Assembly: GCF_009914755.1 (NCBI RefSeq)
Contig: NC_060926.1
Length of the DNA: 64,000 nucleotides
Origin: the human T2T-CHM13v2.0 reference genome, Homo sapiens
Reading direction: 5' to 3' (one strand)
Each line of letters begins with the position of its first letter. Positions within the stretch are counted from its first letter, which is position 1. Shown here one piece after another: positions 1-14,088 of this stretch. The translations under genes and the position numbers were made by a program. A model generated the notes under the pieces. That model saw only the letters and a program-made list of their open reading frames with translations, ran no database searches and had not been told where the DNA came from.

Positions 1-578
1 TATATAGAAGTCATCTATCTTCCTAAAGCCATAACCAGACAGACCTTCTGTCAAAAGGCAGGAGAGTTGGGAACGGGCTCTTTGAGGCCACAGATGGACA
101 CTGTCATTGACCCCTCCAGGATCCTGTTTCCTGACATACACCCTTGATTCAGGTCATCTGGTTATTGTGAGCTGGGTCATAAATCTTAAGGAGCTCCCTT
201 TCTTTGCAAACAACTATACGCCAAGAATACTCCTTATTTATAAAACAATATGTATGCTGGTTCTATGGAAGGTTTTCAGTCCTCAGGGTGCTAAAATTCT
301 TGTGCCCTTCTGCCTCTTTAACCATAGCACACATGCTCAAGAGAACTAGAGTTGCCAAGAAATCATTTCTATACATGGGCTCCAACAAACCCAGGTTATG
401 GAGGATGGCCTATTTCCAACAAGCTTCATTTAAGGTTCTCCTACATTAAAGGAATAAATATGATGATGTGAAGCAGAACATAAATGCCTGCAGAAAGTCA
501 GAAAATTCCCTCCTGGTGCCTCATCATCATTGGGGTGAGGGGAACAAAAGGTGGAAAAATCGATTCCACCTTCTTATT

Positions 579-718
579 CTTGGAGAAGAAAACAACTCTC
601 TAGACAAGAACATGGACCAGCAAACAGGGAGAGACTGATTTCAGTCAATTATTGCAGTTGCCACATTTCTCAGGAGTGTTGATGTCCAGGTCGGGGCTGA
701 CCCATGAATGGTCAGCAA
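579..718 (+). repeat. Copy 1 of a ~140-150 bp dispersed direct duplication (copy 2 at 3927-4074)
   Basis: Shared blocks ACTGATTTCAGTCAATTATTGCAGT, TCTCAGGAGTGTTGATGTCCAG and GGGCTGACCCATGAA in the same order. Confidence 0.9.
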
Positions 719-1137
719 CACACTCAGGCCAACAAAGAAGGAGGAGGCCTGGCTGTGAATGAAGCATGCTCGACTTTAGCTCGTCATATGAGCAGGTCAC
801 AGAGAGCAGATGCCTGTGGGTGCTTAGTGAACACTGCAGGGCATGGCACTGGTACTGAAAGGGACTACAGTTAAATGTTTATCAGAATGTTTACAGCAAA
901 CTTCCCACAGCACAGGTCAGGTGAACTCTTTCTGCCCATGCATGAGCCTTTGGACAGACAGCCCCCAAAACTATGAGTCTTTAATATTAGCCTGCATCCC
1001 TCAGTTCTGGACTTTTCCACTGTACTGGGTTATACGTCATTCAAAATTCACCTCCAAAGGAACCTCAGCATAGATTCCTCACTCACTGTGGGACTGGACA
1101 CAGCCTTTCAGGGCATCTCCAAATAGAACCAAGATAG

Positions 1138-1611
1138 TGAGGTAGGGGGCGGGACTCAACTCCAGAGGCTGGGCTCAGACACTGGACCAAATTGAGAGCT
1201 AGCTGAAACAGGGCCAGGGCAGAAGCAGCTTTCCATAAGACATGCCCACCAGTGTGCCATGTCAGTTTACCATCGCCGTGGCAACACCTGAGAGTTACCA
1301 CCCCTTTCTATGGCAGTAACCCAATGACCCGGAAGTTACCACCTTTTTCCTAGAAATGCCTGCATCAACTGCCTTTTAACTTGCATGTAATTAAAAGTGG
1401 GTACAAATATGACTGCTGAACTGCCCCTGAGCTGCTACTCTGGGCACACTGCCTGTGGGGTAGCCCTGCTCCACAGGGAGCAGTACAGCTGCTGCTGCCT
1501 CAATAAAAGTTGCTGTCTAACACCACCACTTGTGCTTGAATTCTCTCCTGGGCAAAGCCAAGAATCCTCCTGGGCTAAGCCCCAGTTTGGGGTCTTGCCT
1601 GTCCTGCATCA
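1138..1611 (+). mobile_element. ERV1-class solo LTR, MER66-like
   Basis: TG...CA termini; begins TGAGGTAGGGGGCGGGACTC; AATAAA at 1502; colinear with a second copy at 59867. Confidence 0.8.
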
Positions 1612-2794
1612 GTTGCAAATGGTAAGCTGATAAGAAATGAAAATGTAAGGAAAACTCCTACATACCACCCAGGGAGAAGCCCACTCCCAGGCAGCATCAA
1701 GCCCAGAAGGAAGCAAATGGGGTTTGCAGGACTGCTTGGTGTTTGTCTGTGCAACAGCCACTGGGCCTGGTACGGGGCGAGTATGTGGGCAGAAAGAGGA
1801 GCTGGCAAGTAAGAGTTAGCTTTAAAAAGATGCTGACTCTGGGCTCCCCATTTGGCCATGGCATCAAACGCTCCTGCCAAGTAATTTGGCTCACAAATAT
1901 TCACCATATGAGAATATCTGAGCATTAAAAAACAAACAAGAAAACAATCAGGAACCAAGTACCTCAGCTGGCTGGACAAAAAGGCATATGCTTACAAGCC
2001 AGGAGATGGGTGTGCAGGCTACTGAGTGTCACAAGAAGTGCAGCTTGGCCAATTGTGACTTCTGGAACGGTCTGTGTCAAAGATTTCAAATGCTGTGTGC
2101 AGTTGGCATGTGGCTGCTAAGCTTCTAATTTTGTGACCTTTAAGATTGTACAAATGAGCAAAACCCTTTGCAGATCTTTAAAGGGAATTTTAAGCAAGGT
2201 TCAGGAGCAATACAATGGTAATTTTTTTTTTATTTTACCCAGTTAAAACAGACTTTGTCAGGCAATGTGGAGACCTCTAAATTCACATCTTCTAAGGACA
2301 TGGAGAGAAGGGAGTTTGTGTCTATTTTGACAAGAAAACCACCAGCCAGTTCCATGGTGCCACTCATCCAAGCTGCCTAATTAGTGGTATCAAGCCCTCT
2401 GTCTGAAAAGACTGCCTTGGATTTACTTAGCACCCATCTTCCTATAAATGTCTCCCAAAAGTCTTGGGAGTTCATCTCCTTTGCATTTTCACCGTATCAC
2501 ACAGACCACCATGGCCACACATTAATGCCCCTGCCACCAGCCTCCATCGTCCACCAGGGATAAGCAAGAAAACATTGATTTGGGACTTCTGCAGGGTCCT
2601 TCCTTCACATGGTGTATGCTTTGAAACTGCCACGTCCCCAATCCACCACCATGGGTGGCCTCCTTCAAAGCCCTCAGCTCTCCACAGGAAACCTCCTCCT
2701 CCAGGACACCTGTCATCAGCTCCCCAGCTGCCTTAATTTCCTTCCTCAAAACACTCTACATTGCAATCATGCGACCATGCAATTGTTCAGCATA

Positions 2795-3259
2795 TATGTT
2801 AGTTTCCTATGACTCCTATAGCAATTACCACAAACTCAGTGGCTTCAAACAACACAAATCTATTCTCTTACAGTCCTGGTGGTCAGAAGTCCAAAATGTG
2901 TCTTTCAAGGCTGAAAGCAAGGTGTCAGAGGGTTGGCTCCTTTGGAAGGCTCCAGCAGAGAATCTGTCCCTTGCCTCTCCCAGTTTCCAGAGCTGCCAGC
3001 TTTCCTCAGTTTGTAGCTGCAGCACTCCCACATTTACTTCCATAATCACATTGCCTTCTCCTATGCTGATCACCTGCCTCCTCCTTATGAAAACCCCTGT
3101 GATTACATTAGGCCAATGCAGAGTAATCTCTCCATCTCAAGATCCTGAACTTAATCACATCTACAGAGTCCATTTTGCCATATACGATAATATTCACATG
3201 TTCCAGGGATCAGGATACAGACATGGTGGGAAGGTGGTGATTACTCAGCTTAATACACA
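2795..3259 (-). mobile_element. MaLR LTR, MLT1 (B/C/D-like)
   Basis: TTAGTTTCCTAT...CAATTACCACAAACTCAGTGGCTT..AAACAACACAAAT is the typical antisense MLT1 end. Confidence 0.8.
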
Positions 3260-3384
3260 GTGTGTCTTTCCCACTAGGATGTTAGTGATCAGGGTCTTTG
3301 TGCAGCTAATTTAGTCTTTATGCTCCAGGATCCAGCACAGAGCCAGATTCACTGTTTCAGAAAATGAATGAGGAAATGAACTGA

Positions 3385-3740
<356 letters not shown>

Positions 3741-3926
3741 TGATTTGTCCCCACTCGCCTTAGCCTGTCTCCTGCCACAGTTGTCTCATTTTGGTGAAGT
3801 GCGTGTCCAGATTTCCCCATGCTCCCAGCTGCAACATGGATCTGTGAAAGACAGTACAGCAGAAAAGTATTCACATCCTGGCTCTCTCTGCCCTTCATTG
3901 TCTTTAAGCTCTTTAACAACTTTTAC

Positions 3927-4074
3927 TTGGAGAGGAAAACAACTATCTAGACAGGAACACGGAGCAGCAGAGGGAGAAATTGTGTCTTTACTGATTTCAG
4001 TCAATTATTGCAGTGACCACATGTCTCAGGAGTGTTGATGTCCAGATGAGGGCTGACCCATGAAAGGTCAGCAA
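3927..4074 (+). repeat. Copy 2 of the dispersed direct duplication (copy 1 at 579-718)
   Basis: Aligns to 579-718 with about 11 extra nt near 3980. Confidence 0.9.
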
Positions 4075-5032
4075 GGAAAAAGGAGGACCTAAACTTTCCT
4101 CGGTTTGCAAGTTGTAAAAGACCCATGGAATGCCAACTATCCTTGTCCATGGACATGTGGACAGACTGTCCAGTGGCTATCATCAATTTTGCATCTATTT
4201 GTAAATTCTATGTCAGCATTCCTATTGTCCTAGCTATGCGTGGCATTTTTAATTCTCCTTTGGGCTGGTTGTAGCATCTTACTGGTTCCCTCATTAATTA
4301 ATGAACTAAATAAAATCTTTGACATGTGTTCATTTTACATTTGTGTAAGAGTCATGATTTTACCTTTAAAAAAAAAAGTCATTTTACAGGTCTCAGGAGA
4401 GAGGCAGCTGCATCAACAAACACAAGGACTAGCTCTCCTCTAGAGAATTCACAGCTGAAGGGTAGATTAAACGCACCCTTTGCCTTTCCCACCTTTCATT
4501 CCCTTTACCGTATCTAGCAGCCAGATGGAATGCATTGCAGAAGGAACAGTGGAGAAGCATACACACACAGCACTTGCCTGGGAGGGTCCCCTAGAGCAGC
4601 TGGGATCTCTATGCCCCCACCTCCACCTTTTAATCTCATGGTTTCTTGGCCTCTTCTCTCCCTTTCACACCCATCTAGAGATGACTTGAAGAGGCTCTGG
4701 CTTCCCCTTGGCCACTCTCAGCTGTCTTCCCAACTCCCGCCTGATCTTCACACTGGCAGTTATTGTCTTCTCAATCCTACACAAAGTCTATGCCAGCACA
4801 GCCTCCCAGCCCACTTCCCACTCCAACAGCCATCACACGAAGACATTCTGGAGTTATCACTCCATCCATGAGGAGCTGCCTACCAGTCCTTAGAAAGAAA
4901 GGGAAAGTCTGCTTCCAAACATGAGAAGGGGTTAGACCAAGGGCTACCTCCTGGCCAGGTGATGGAGGACTGGAGAAGCCAGATTAAGCCAGATTTCTGC
5001 CAATCCAAGCAAAAGGCAGGTGGCCAAGCAGC

Positions 5033-5887
<855 letters not shown>

Positions 5888-6329
5888 CAGCCTCAGAGAG
5901 TGGGGCTTTGCCCAAGGGTGAGTTGCAGCACTCTGCCAGGTGTTTCAAACAGCAGAGGTTAGTTACGGGGTATTGATTCAAAATAGCTACCACGCATGAG
6001 CTTGTCACCCTGCACCAACTCATCCTGTGCAGTTACCACTACTGTTAACTCTGACCTAGGATTTGTAGTTCATTCGGGATGTCATGCATGCTTCAGATCT
6101 CAGGCCCTAGTGACCTCACCTATAAATTTGGTGTGGGCAGTGATAGGCCTGGATGACCCTCAGTGGCCCTTCTAGCACAAAAATTTCTCAAGTCAGAAGA
6201 ACAAAACCCTGTACTTCTACTCTCCCTGGGACAGTGGCACCAAATATACCATAAGTGTTCATCTTTCCGGTGGAGTTCATACGTGTAGTGTTGTGTTTAC
6301 TTTACTGACTGTAAACAGAACAGGTGCCT

Positions 6330-6864
6330 GTCATTCACTCACCCATTCCTTCCGTCTGGATACAGGGCAGCAGAAATCAGCAGAATGCTTTTATTCACAG
6401 AGCTGAATGCCTACACCAGAAAACAAACATTAAGCAAATAGTGGCAGAAATAATTTTTTTTTTTTTAGACGAAGTCTCACTCTGTCACCCAGGCTGGAGT
6501 GCAGTGGGACGATCTTGGCTAACTGCAGCCTCCACCTCCCAGACTCAAGTGATCCTTCCACCTTGGCCTCCCAGGTAGCTGAGATTACAGGCACGCACCA
6601 CTATACCCAACTGATTTTTGTATTTTTCGTAGAGATGGGGTTTCACCATGTTGTCCAGGCTGGTCTGGAACTCCTGACCTCAAGAAATCCACCTGCCTCG
6701 GCCTCCCAAAGTGCTGGGTTACAGGCATGAGCCACCGCACCCAACCACAAATACATTTTAAATTGCATTTATGATCACTTCTTTGGATGAGAGGCTGGTC
6801 CTAAGGGAATGTATAATGAGTGTTTGACTTAAACATGGGGTCAGGGAAGTCTTCCCTGAGGAGG
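6330..6864 (-). mobile_element. Degraded L2 fragment interrupted by an Alu
   Basis: CATTCACTCACCCATTC end motif and GGGGTCAGGGAAGTCTTCCCTGAGGAGG. Confidence 0.55.
6455..6746 (-). mobile_element. Alu (J/S), full length
   Basis: Poly-T followed by an antisense dimeric Alu. Confidence 0.97.
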
Positions 6865-6887
6865 AGTAAATGGGTTTAGGAGATAGT

Positions 6888-7170
6888 TCAGGCTTTCACC
6901 ATTAAGCATGATGCAACCTGCAGGAATTTTGTAAATGCCTTTATTATTTTAAGGAAGTTTCCTACTGTTCCTAGTTTGCTGAGAGTTTTTACCATGAATG
7001 GATATTGAATTTTGACAAATGCTTTTTTGCATTCTTTGAAAAAGATTTTATTATTGTAATCCTTCATTCCATTAATAGAGTAAATCACATTGATTGGGTT
7101 TCTAATGCTTAACCAAGCTTGCATTCCTGAGATAAACCCAACTTAATGAAGATGTATTACCCTTTCTCTA
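6888..7170 (-). mobile_element. Old L1 (L1M) ORF2 reverse-transcriptase fragment
   Basis: Translation MQAWLSIRNPINVI...KAFVKIQYPFMVKTLSKLG resembles L1 ORF2p (GMQGWFNIRKSINVI...KAFDKIQHPFMIKTL). Confidence 0.92.
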
Positions 7171-7228
7171 ATATTAATGGAAGTCAGAGACAGGGACCAA
7201 GGAATAATTTAATTATGCCTGTAATTCT

Positions 7229-7649
7229 CGATATGATTTGGATTTGTGTCCCCACCCAAATCTCATGTTGAATTGTAATCCCCAATTTTGGAGGTGGGGC
7301 CTGGTGGGAGGCGACTGAATCATGGGGGTGGTCCTTCGTGAATGGTTTAGCACCAACCTCTTGGTGCTATTCTTGTGATAGTGAGTTACTGAGGGATCTG
7401 GTTTTTTAAAAGTGTGTAGCACCACCCCCCTCACTCTCTCTTGCTCCTGCTCCTACCATGTAAGATCCCTGCTCCCCCTTCGCCTTCCACCATGATTTTA
7501 AGTTTCCTGAGGCCTTTCCAGAAGTGGAGCAGATGGCAGCATCATGCTTCCTGTACAGCCTGCAGAACCATGAGCGACTTAAACCTCTTTTCTTTATAAA
7601 TTACCCAGTCTCAGATATTTCTTTATAGCAATGCCAGAACAGACTAACA
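7229..7649 (+). mobile_element. MaLR solo LTR, MSTA/MSTB-like
   Basis: GATATGATTTGGATTTGTGTCCCCACCCAAATCTCATG start; 5-bp TSD ATTCT. Confidence 0.92.
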
Positions 7650-8119
7650 ATTCTCAATCCTCATTTTAAAATAATCACCATCTCCTAAGGCTGGGTGAAG
7701 ACATAATATGTGTTACAAGGGAGCATGGTAAATGCTGGAGACACAGGTTGATTTATAAATGCCCTGCCATGAAGCGGGATACATGGCAAGACAGGTTTCA
7801 GTATGAGCCATGCCTTGAATGACAGCAGGGAAAATCACTTTTAATGGATGCCAGGGGCTGGCAGGAGCAGAAAAGACAGACAGACAGAGTCTGGGAAACA
7901 GAGAGCAAACCAGCATGGCTGGGTCGAAGAAGGGCTGTCCATGGATGATCACGAGTGCTGGGCTGTGGCATTCAAACCTTATCCTCCTGGTCAGCAGGGA
8001 ACCGTGAACACAGGAAAGGGCTCACAATGCAAAGATGAAGTGAATAAAGCATGATACAGAACTGGAATGCAGAATGACTCCAGTTTTATTAAATTGTGTG
8101 TGAGATGAGAGAGGCTGGT

Positions 8120-8455
8120 TGTATTAGTTTGCTAGGATGGCCAAAACAAAATGCCATGAATTGGGTGGCTTAAACAACAGAAATTTATGTCTCACAGTTC
8201 TAGAGGCTCAAAGTCCCAATCAAGTGCCAGTAGGACTGGTTTCTGCCGAGGCCTCTCGCCTTGGCTTGCAGATGGCCGCCCTCTCGCTGTCTTTTCACGT
8301 GGTTGTCCCTCTATGAACAAGACCTCCTCGTGTTTCTTCTTTGTCCAAATTTCCTCTTTTTCTAAGAGCGCCCATCAGTTTGGATCAGGGTCCACCCTAC
8401 CAGCTTCATTTTAACTTAAGTACCTCTTCAAAGGGCCTATCTCCAATTACAGTCA
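8120..8455 (-). mobile_element. MaLR LTR, MLT1A/B-like
   Basis: TGTATTAGTTTGCTAGG...GGGTGGCTTAAACAACAGAAATTTAT. Confidence 0.85.
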
Positions 8456-9094
8456 AGTCCTGGCATCACCATTCCCAGTGACTGAGGAGGCCAGAAGTAA
8501 AATGAAGATGGTATCTGCCCTCCCCCTGTACCGTGTTAAGCTCAGGGCAGAATCTGAAGGTCACCAGGTGAAGTCCATGGCTCCCTGTCCCTGGGGTTTG
8601 AGGAATGCAGCCTTGCTGGGCATCACTGGCCTGCACATCCAGATGCGGCTGCTCTTTCTCACCCCACGCTTGCCCTGGTCAGCCAGAGCCTGAGCACCCG
8701 CACTTCAGCCGACAGAGTGCTCACTGGAGCAGCATCAGAGCCCCTCTGTCCTCTTCAGAGGCTGGGTCAGAGCAACTTCACTTCGATGCATGACACCTGA
8801 GAGGCACCTGCACACAGGTGCACAGCTGGAGAGAAAAGTCAGCAGCCTGCCTTGCCAGAGGGCAGACAGACCACGCTTGGACTTCAGTTTCCAGGCGGAA
8901 CAAAAGGATCTCCACATTTTTTACCTTAAAAATTAATTGACAGGTCCTGTCTGTTCCCAAGTGTCTAACATCTAAGAGGGTTGGGTTCATAGTCTGGCTG
9001 AGGATATCCTTTCCCTCCCCTCCCATTTTTACTGTAAAAACATTTTGACTAGAAAAAGAAAACCTCTTATATACTCACTATCCCAGGCAAGATT

Positions 9095-9160
9095 CTTCTT
9101 TTTTCTTTTTCCTCTCTGGTTGTTTTTTTTGTTTTTTTTTTTTGGTTTTTTTTTTCATTT
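9095..9160. repeat. T-rich low-complexity tract
   Basis: Interrupted poly-T runs. Confidence 0.9.
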
Positions 9161-10803
9161 CCTTACATTCTCTGTGCATTTGCCTATGCACCATGGGATT
9201 TAAACAATAGATTGGGAAAACAGTGGAGAGGGCACTGAGGGTGCCCTTTTGTGGTAGAAATTGATTTTGCAGCCCTCCCCTCCCCCCCATACACACGCAC
9301 ATACACACACTGGGTATTTTGTTAGTCTTAACCAAAGATCAAAACAACATAGCCTTGACCTTAACTCACAAACAGCCTCCAGCTACAGGGAAAAAGTCTC
9401 TGAGCAGGGGGAGTACAAGTCCCACCAGAGCCCTTATTGATGGCAATTTAACAACAGGTATTTTATTTAAGGCCTGCATTTTTCATACAGAGACACAGTG
9501 ACTCGGCTTTCAGGTATGTCTCATAAGGAAGTAGGAATGGAGAAAAGACTTGGGATTTTGAATATTTTACACAGCTTTACTGATGAACAGTAAACTGGAA
9601 GTGATCGCCATGTCTGACTGTAAAGGAATAGTTAAATAAATGTGCCATCCATGAGTAGAATGCATACCTTACACACGTGTGCATGCACCTTCTCCAGGCA
9701 GGAAGAGTTTCCTGTGCACCCCTCACCTCCACCCATAGGAAGAGCTATGGGACCTACAGGAACTCCAGTGCTCCTGGGGCACTCCCAGCCTGTGGCACTG
9801 GAGTGTCACGTGGACAACAGAGGGTGGCTTTGTGGTCAGAACAGCATGGGCTCAAATCCAGCTTGGTCTTGCCTTGGCCTGCGTAGCCCGGGCAGCTCTT
9901 CTGCCTCCCCCAACCCAGGGAAGTGGGGTTGATGTTCTGAATCTGCAGGGCTCTTGGAGAAGTTACAGGGTGCCTGACACATGGGAGCCAGGCTCTGCCC
10001 ACAGTCACCCAGCCAGCATGTTGCAGAGCCAGGATTTTAAATTAGATCCAGCCAGTTCCAGAATCATTACTTTTTCCGTTCCGTATGCATACCAGGCTGC
10101 CTCTTTCTAGATTATCCTCCAAAAAGCCCTGGGGAGGTGGCAGCAGCATGAGCGGCAGACAGGCGGCCAAGAAGTGAGGCCCCAGCCAGGGATCTGAGCG
10201 TGATCTTTGCCCTTGGGACGCAAGGCATCCATCCAAGAGGTCACAGAAATCAGCAGCTTTCACCGGGAAGCCCCAAGTCCTGGGATTGGGGTGCTGAAGG
10301 GGGATCCAAAAAAAACAGTCATTGATTTGGAAGGAGATGCTGTTCTCCATCTCAGCCAGCTGTTAAAGGGACATGGATTGAACTCGCAGGCAGGGAGGGG
10401 CATTTTGTTTCCCTTGGCCACATCAGCATGTTTTTACAGTTGAGAGAGCAGGAGATGACTCTCCAGCCTGTGGCAGAGAGAAAGTGCCCTTGGCCCAACT
10501 CCGTGGAAGATGTTCCTCACCCCCCTTCCAGGAGAAGCTCCTGCTGGTGGATGCACGAACCCAGCTGGTGGCGACACAAGGCCAGTGGGCACTCTCTGCC
10601 TTGCTGAGGCCTCAGCCTCCTGGCTGCGAAGGCCCCGGGTTCCCCTCTGCAGCCAAGTCTTTACTTCCCCTTCACCCTGAAAAACGTCTTCACAGACTAT
10701 CATTCTTGGTCTCTTGACTGCCTTTCTCCGGTTTCCTTTCACAATCCCTCAGAGATGGGACATCTCTCCAGAGGACGCCTGGGTTGTGAGGATCTATGGT
10801 CAG

Positions 10804-12310
10804 AACATTTTGGTCAATGACAGATTACATACACCACAGTGGCTCCCTCAGATTATAAAGGAGCTGAATAATTCCTATCACCAAGTGACAGTGCTATGCC
10901 ATCTAAGCTTGTGTAAGTACACCCTGTGATGTTCACACAATGACGAAATCACCATTGTTAAGTAAATGGGTTTGGGAGAAGGTTCAAACAGCTTCCACCT
11001 GCCCCACCCTTCCGTTTCCTAAGCTCAGCCATGCCTTTGGAGGGTAGCACCTTTGTTTCTTCCACATGTCGCAAATACAGTGACACATGACTGTATTCAG
11101 GAACAAGGAGGCTCTGGTGCAAAAAGAACATCATTTCCATATGTGAGTGGGTCTTCTGGGTCCATCACAGGCAGCCAATTCAAGTGGTCCATCCGTCAAC
11201 AGAATTCTTCTTCCAGGCTCACCAGGACTTCTTCCAGCCATAGCACATAACATCATAGCACAACACATTACCCACGTGTTTGTGGCAGTGCTGACGTCAA
11301 CACACCTCCTGCACTGCCAGGCCTGTAAAAGTCTAGCACAATTTCATACAATACATAATACTTGATAATAATAATAAATGATTAGATTGCTGGCTTATGG
11401 TATTTACTGCTGTATTTTTAATGATTATTTTAGAGTGTATTCCTACTTATGAAAAAATAGTTAGGCAGGTCCCTCAGGAGGTATCCAGAAGAAGGCGCTG
11501 TTATCCTAGGAGATGACAGCTCCATGCATCGTATTGCCCCGATGTCCCTCCAGCAGCACAAGATGTGGACAAGAAGGCAGTGATAGCCACGATCCTGACC
11601 CTGCAGAGGCTCAGGCTAATGTGTGTGTTTGTGTCTTAGTTCTGAATAAAAAAGTGTAAAATGTTAAAAAAAATTACAACAGAAAAAATGCTTATTGAAT
11701 AAGAATATACAGAAAGAAAATATTTTTGTATAGCTGTACAACGTGTTTGTGTTTTAAGCTGTTATTAGAAAAGAGCAAAAAAAATTTAAAAATGAAAAGA
11801 TCTATAAAGTAAAAATGTTACAGTAAGCTAATGTTAATTTATTATTAAAGAAAAAATGTTGAAATAAATTTAGTGTAGCCTGAGCGTACAGTGTTTCTAA
11901 AGCCTACAGCAGTGTAGAGCAATGTCCTAAACCTTCACATTCTCTCACCACTCACTCACCGACTCACCCAGAGAAACTTCCAGTCCTGCAAGCTCCATTC
12001 ATGGGAAGTGCCCTATACAGGTGTGCCATTTTTAATCTTTCATACTGTGTTTTTCCTGTGTCTTTTTAAGGTTTAGATACACAAATTATTGCCATTGTGT
12101 TACAATTGCCTGCAGTATTCAGTAGAGTAACATGCTGTACAGGTTTGTAGCCTAGGAACAATTGGCTACACCATACAGCCTAGGTGTGTAGTAGGCTATG
12201 CCATCTAAGCTTGTGTAAGTACACCCTGTGATGTTCACACAACGATGAAATCACCAAATGATGCATTTCTCAGAACGTATCCCCGTTGTGAAGTGACACA
12301 TGACTGACTG
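10804..12310. mobile_element. Tigger3(b)/Golem DNA transposon, interrupted at ~10893-11237
   Basis: GATTATAAAGGAGCTGAATAATTCCTATC near one end; GGCAGGTCCCTCAGGAGGTATCCAGAAGAAGGC internally; GCATTTCTCAGAACGTATCCCCG...CATGACTG terminus followed by TA. Confidence 0.88.
10893..11237 (+). repeat. Composite insertion copied from 12195-12256, 6865-6890, 15020-15108 and 12292-12438
   Basis: Manual alignment: 60/62, 23/26, 81/89 and about 90% identity respectively. Confidence 0.9.
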
Positions 12311-12463
12311 TATTCAGGAACAAGGAGACTCTGGTGCAAAAAGAACATCATTTCCATGTGTGAGAGGTCTTCTGGGTCCATCACAGGCAGCCAGTTCAAA
12401 CGGTCCATCTGTCAACGGAACTCTTCTTCCAGGCTCACAGGGACAGAACTGATAGGCCCACCA

Positions 12464-12563
12464 TCCTTCCTTCCTTCCTTCCCTTCCTTCCTTCTCTCCT
12501 TCCCCACCTTCCACTCCTCCTTTCATCCTTCTCTCCTTCCTCCCTCCTTCCTTTCCTTCCCTT
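12464..12563. repeat. (TTCC)n / CT-rich simple repeat
   Basis: Polypyrimidine run of CCTT units. Confidence 0.95.
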
Positions 12564-12954
12564 CAGAGGATCCTGCAGAGGCTCTGGGTGTCAAAGCAAA
12601 ACACTCCAAAGATCAGTGGAAGGACATGGATTCCTACATCTCCATACAACTTCACCCAAGGTACAGTCACCTTCTCTGAGATGAAAAAGAGAGAGAAAGG
12701 GAGGGAGAAACCCTTTATTAAGCACCTAATGAGTGGTAAGTGACCTCACAAGCCTGTGAGGAGGAATGCGGCTTCCCATCTGTATGGATAAGATTGAGTA
12801 TGGGAGTCAAGAGGGTTACTGATAGAGACAAGACCAGGACCGCAGGTTTCTGGCCCCAGTGTTCACACCTCTGCAACTTAGCATCACAGAGCTACAGAAA
12901 TGAAACTCCCCCAAAGAGGCTGCTTCCAAAACCAGTGACTTGCCCAAAGGCCAC

Positions 12955-13535
12955 AATAAAAAAGAGCCCACATATCTGTACACCTGGGACACTGAAAATG
13001 CATGATATGCAACCACACGTCACCAGGTGAATGAGTCCTGCAGATGATGGGGCTGGCCCATATCAGCTCACAAGACTTGATCACGAAATAGTCTGGAATT
13101 TAAATCATTGGTAGCTTGACATCAGCCATGGTGGAGGTGTTGACATTGGTAAATGTTAAAACTGAGGTCTTGTTTTGTTTTTTGATTTTTTGGTTGGTTT
13201 TGCTTTTTGTCTTCTGAGAACCAATTGACCAGAACGCCACTGGATGGCTTTTACAAATGCTGAGCAAAAGCAGCCAGATACAAAAGAGGACACTATGCAT
13301 GACCCATATGAGGAGATCAAGGACAGCAAAGCTGAGCTATGGTGATGGAAGCCATGGGTATGGCAGGGCATCCGGGGAACCGGTTGTGTTCTGAGTCTTG
13401 ATCTTGGTGGTGGTTTCATGGGCATGGTCAGTGTGTGAAAATAGTGCTGCAATGAACATACATGTGCATGTATCTTTATAATAGAATGATTTATATTCCT
13501 TTGTGCTTCACATTTACGATGGAATGTTTTTCATA
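12955..13535 (+). mobile_element. Old L1ME-type 3' end carrying a MER63 and a foreign 63-bp patch
   Basis: ATGCTGAGCAAAAGCAGCCAGATACAAAAGAG...TGTTCTGAGTCTTGATCTTGGTGGTGGTTTCATGGG. Confidence 0.65.
13040..13244. mobile_element. MER63A-like hAT DNA transposon
   Basis: TTGGTAGCTTGACATCAGCCATGGTGG core and ...CCAGAACGCCACTGG terminus. Confidence 0.65.
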
Positions 13536-13629
13536 GACACAGCCTCATAACATTTCTATTCATATTGGTAGTGGAGAAGAAAATGGGGACCCTCTATTCC
13601 CTTTTAAGAGAAAAAAGATCATTGATTGA

Positions 13630-14088
<459 letters not shown>

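Noticed and set aside
460-640. Possible box C (ATGATGA) / box D (CTGA) snoRNA
   Set aside because: Spacing is too long, there is no terminal stem, and the motifs are short enough to be chance
2655-3314. Longest ORF (219 aa)
   Set aside because: Mostly antisense MLT1 LTR sequence; no recognisable domain
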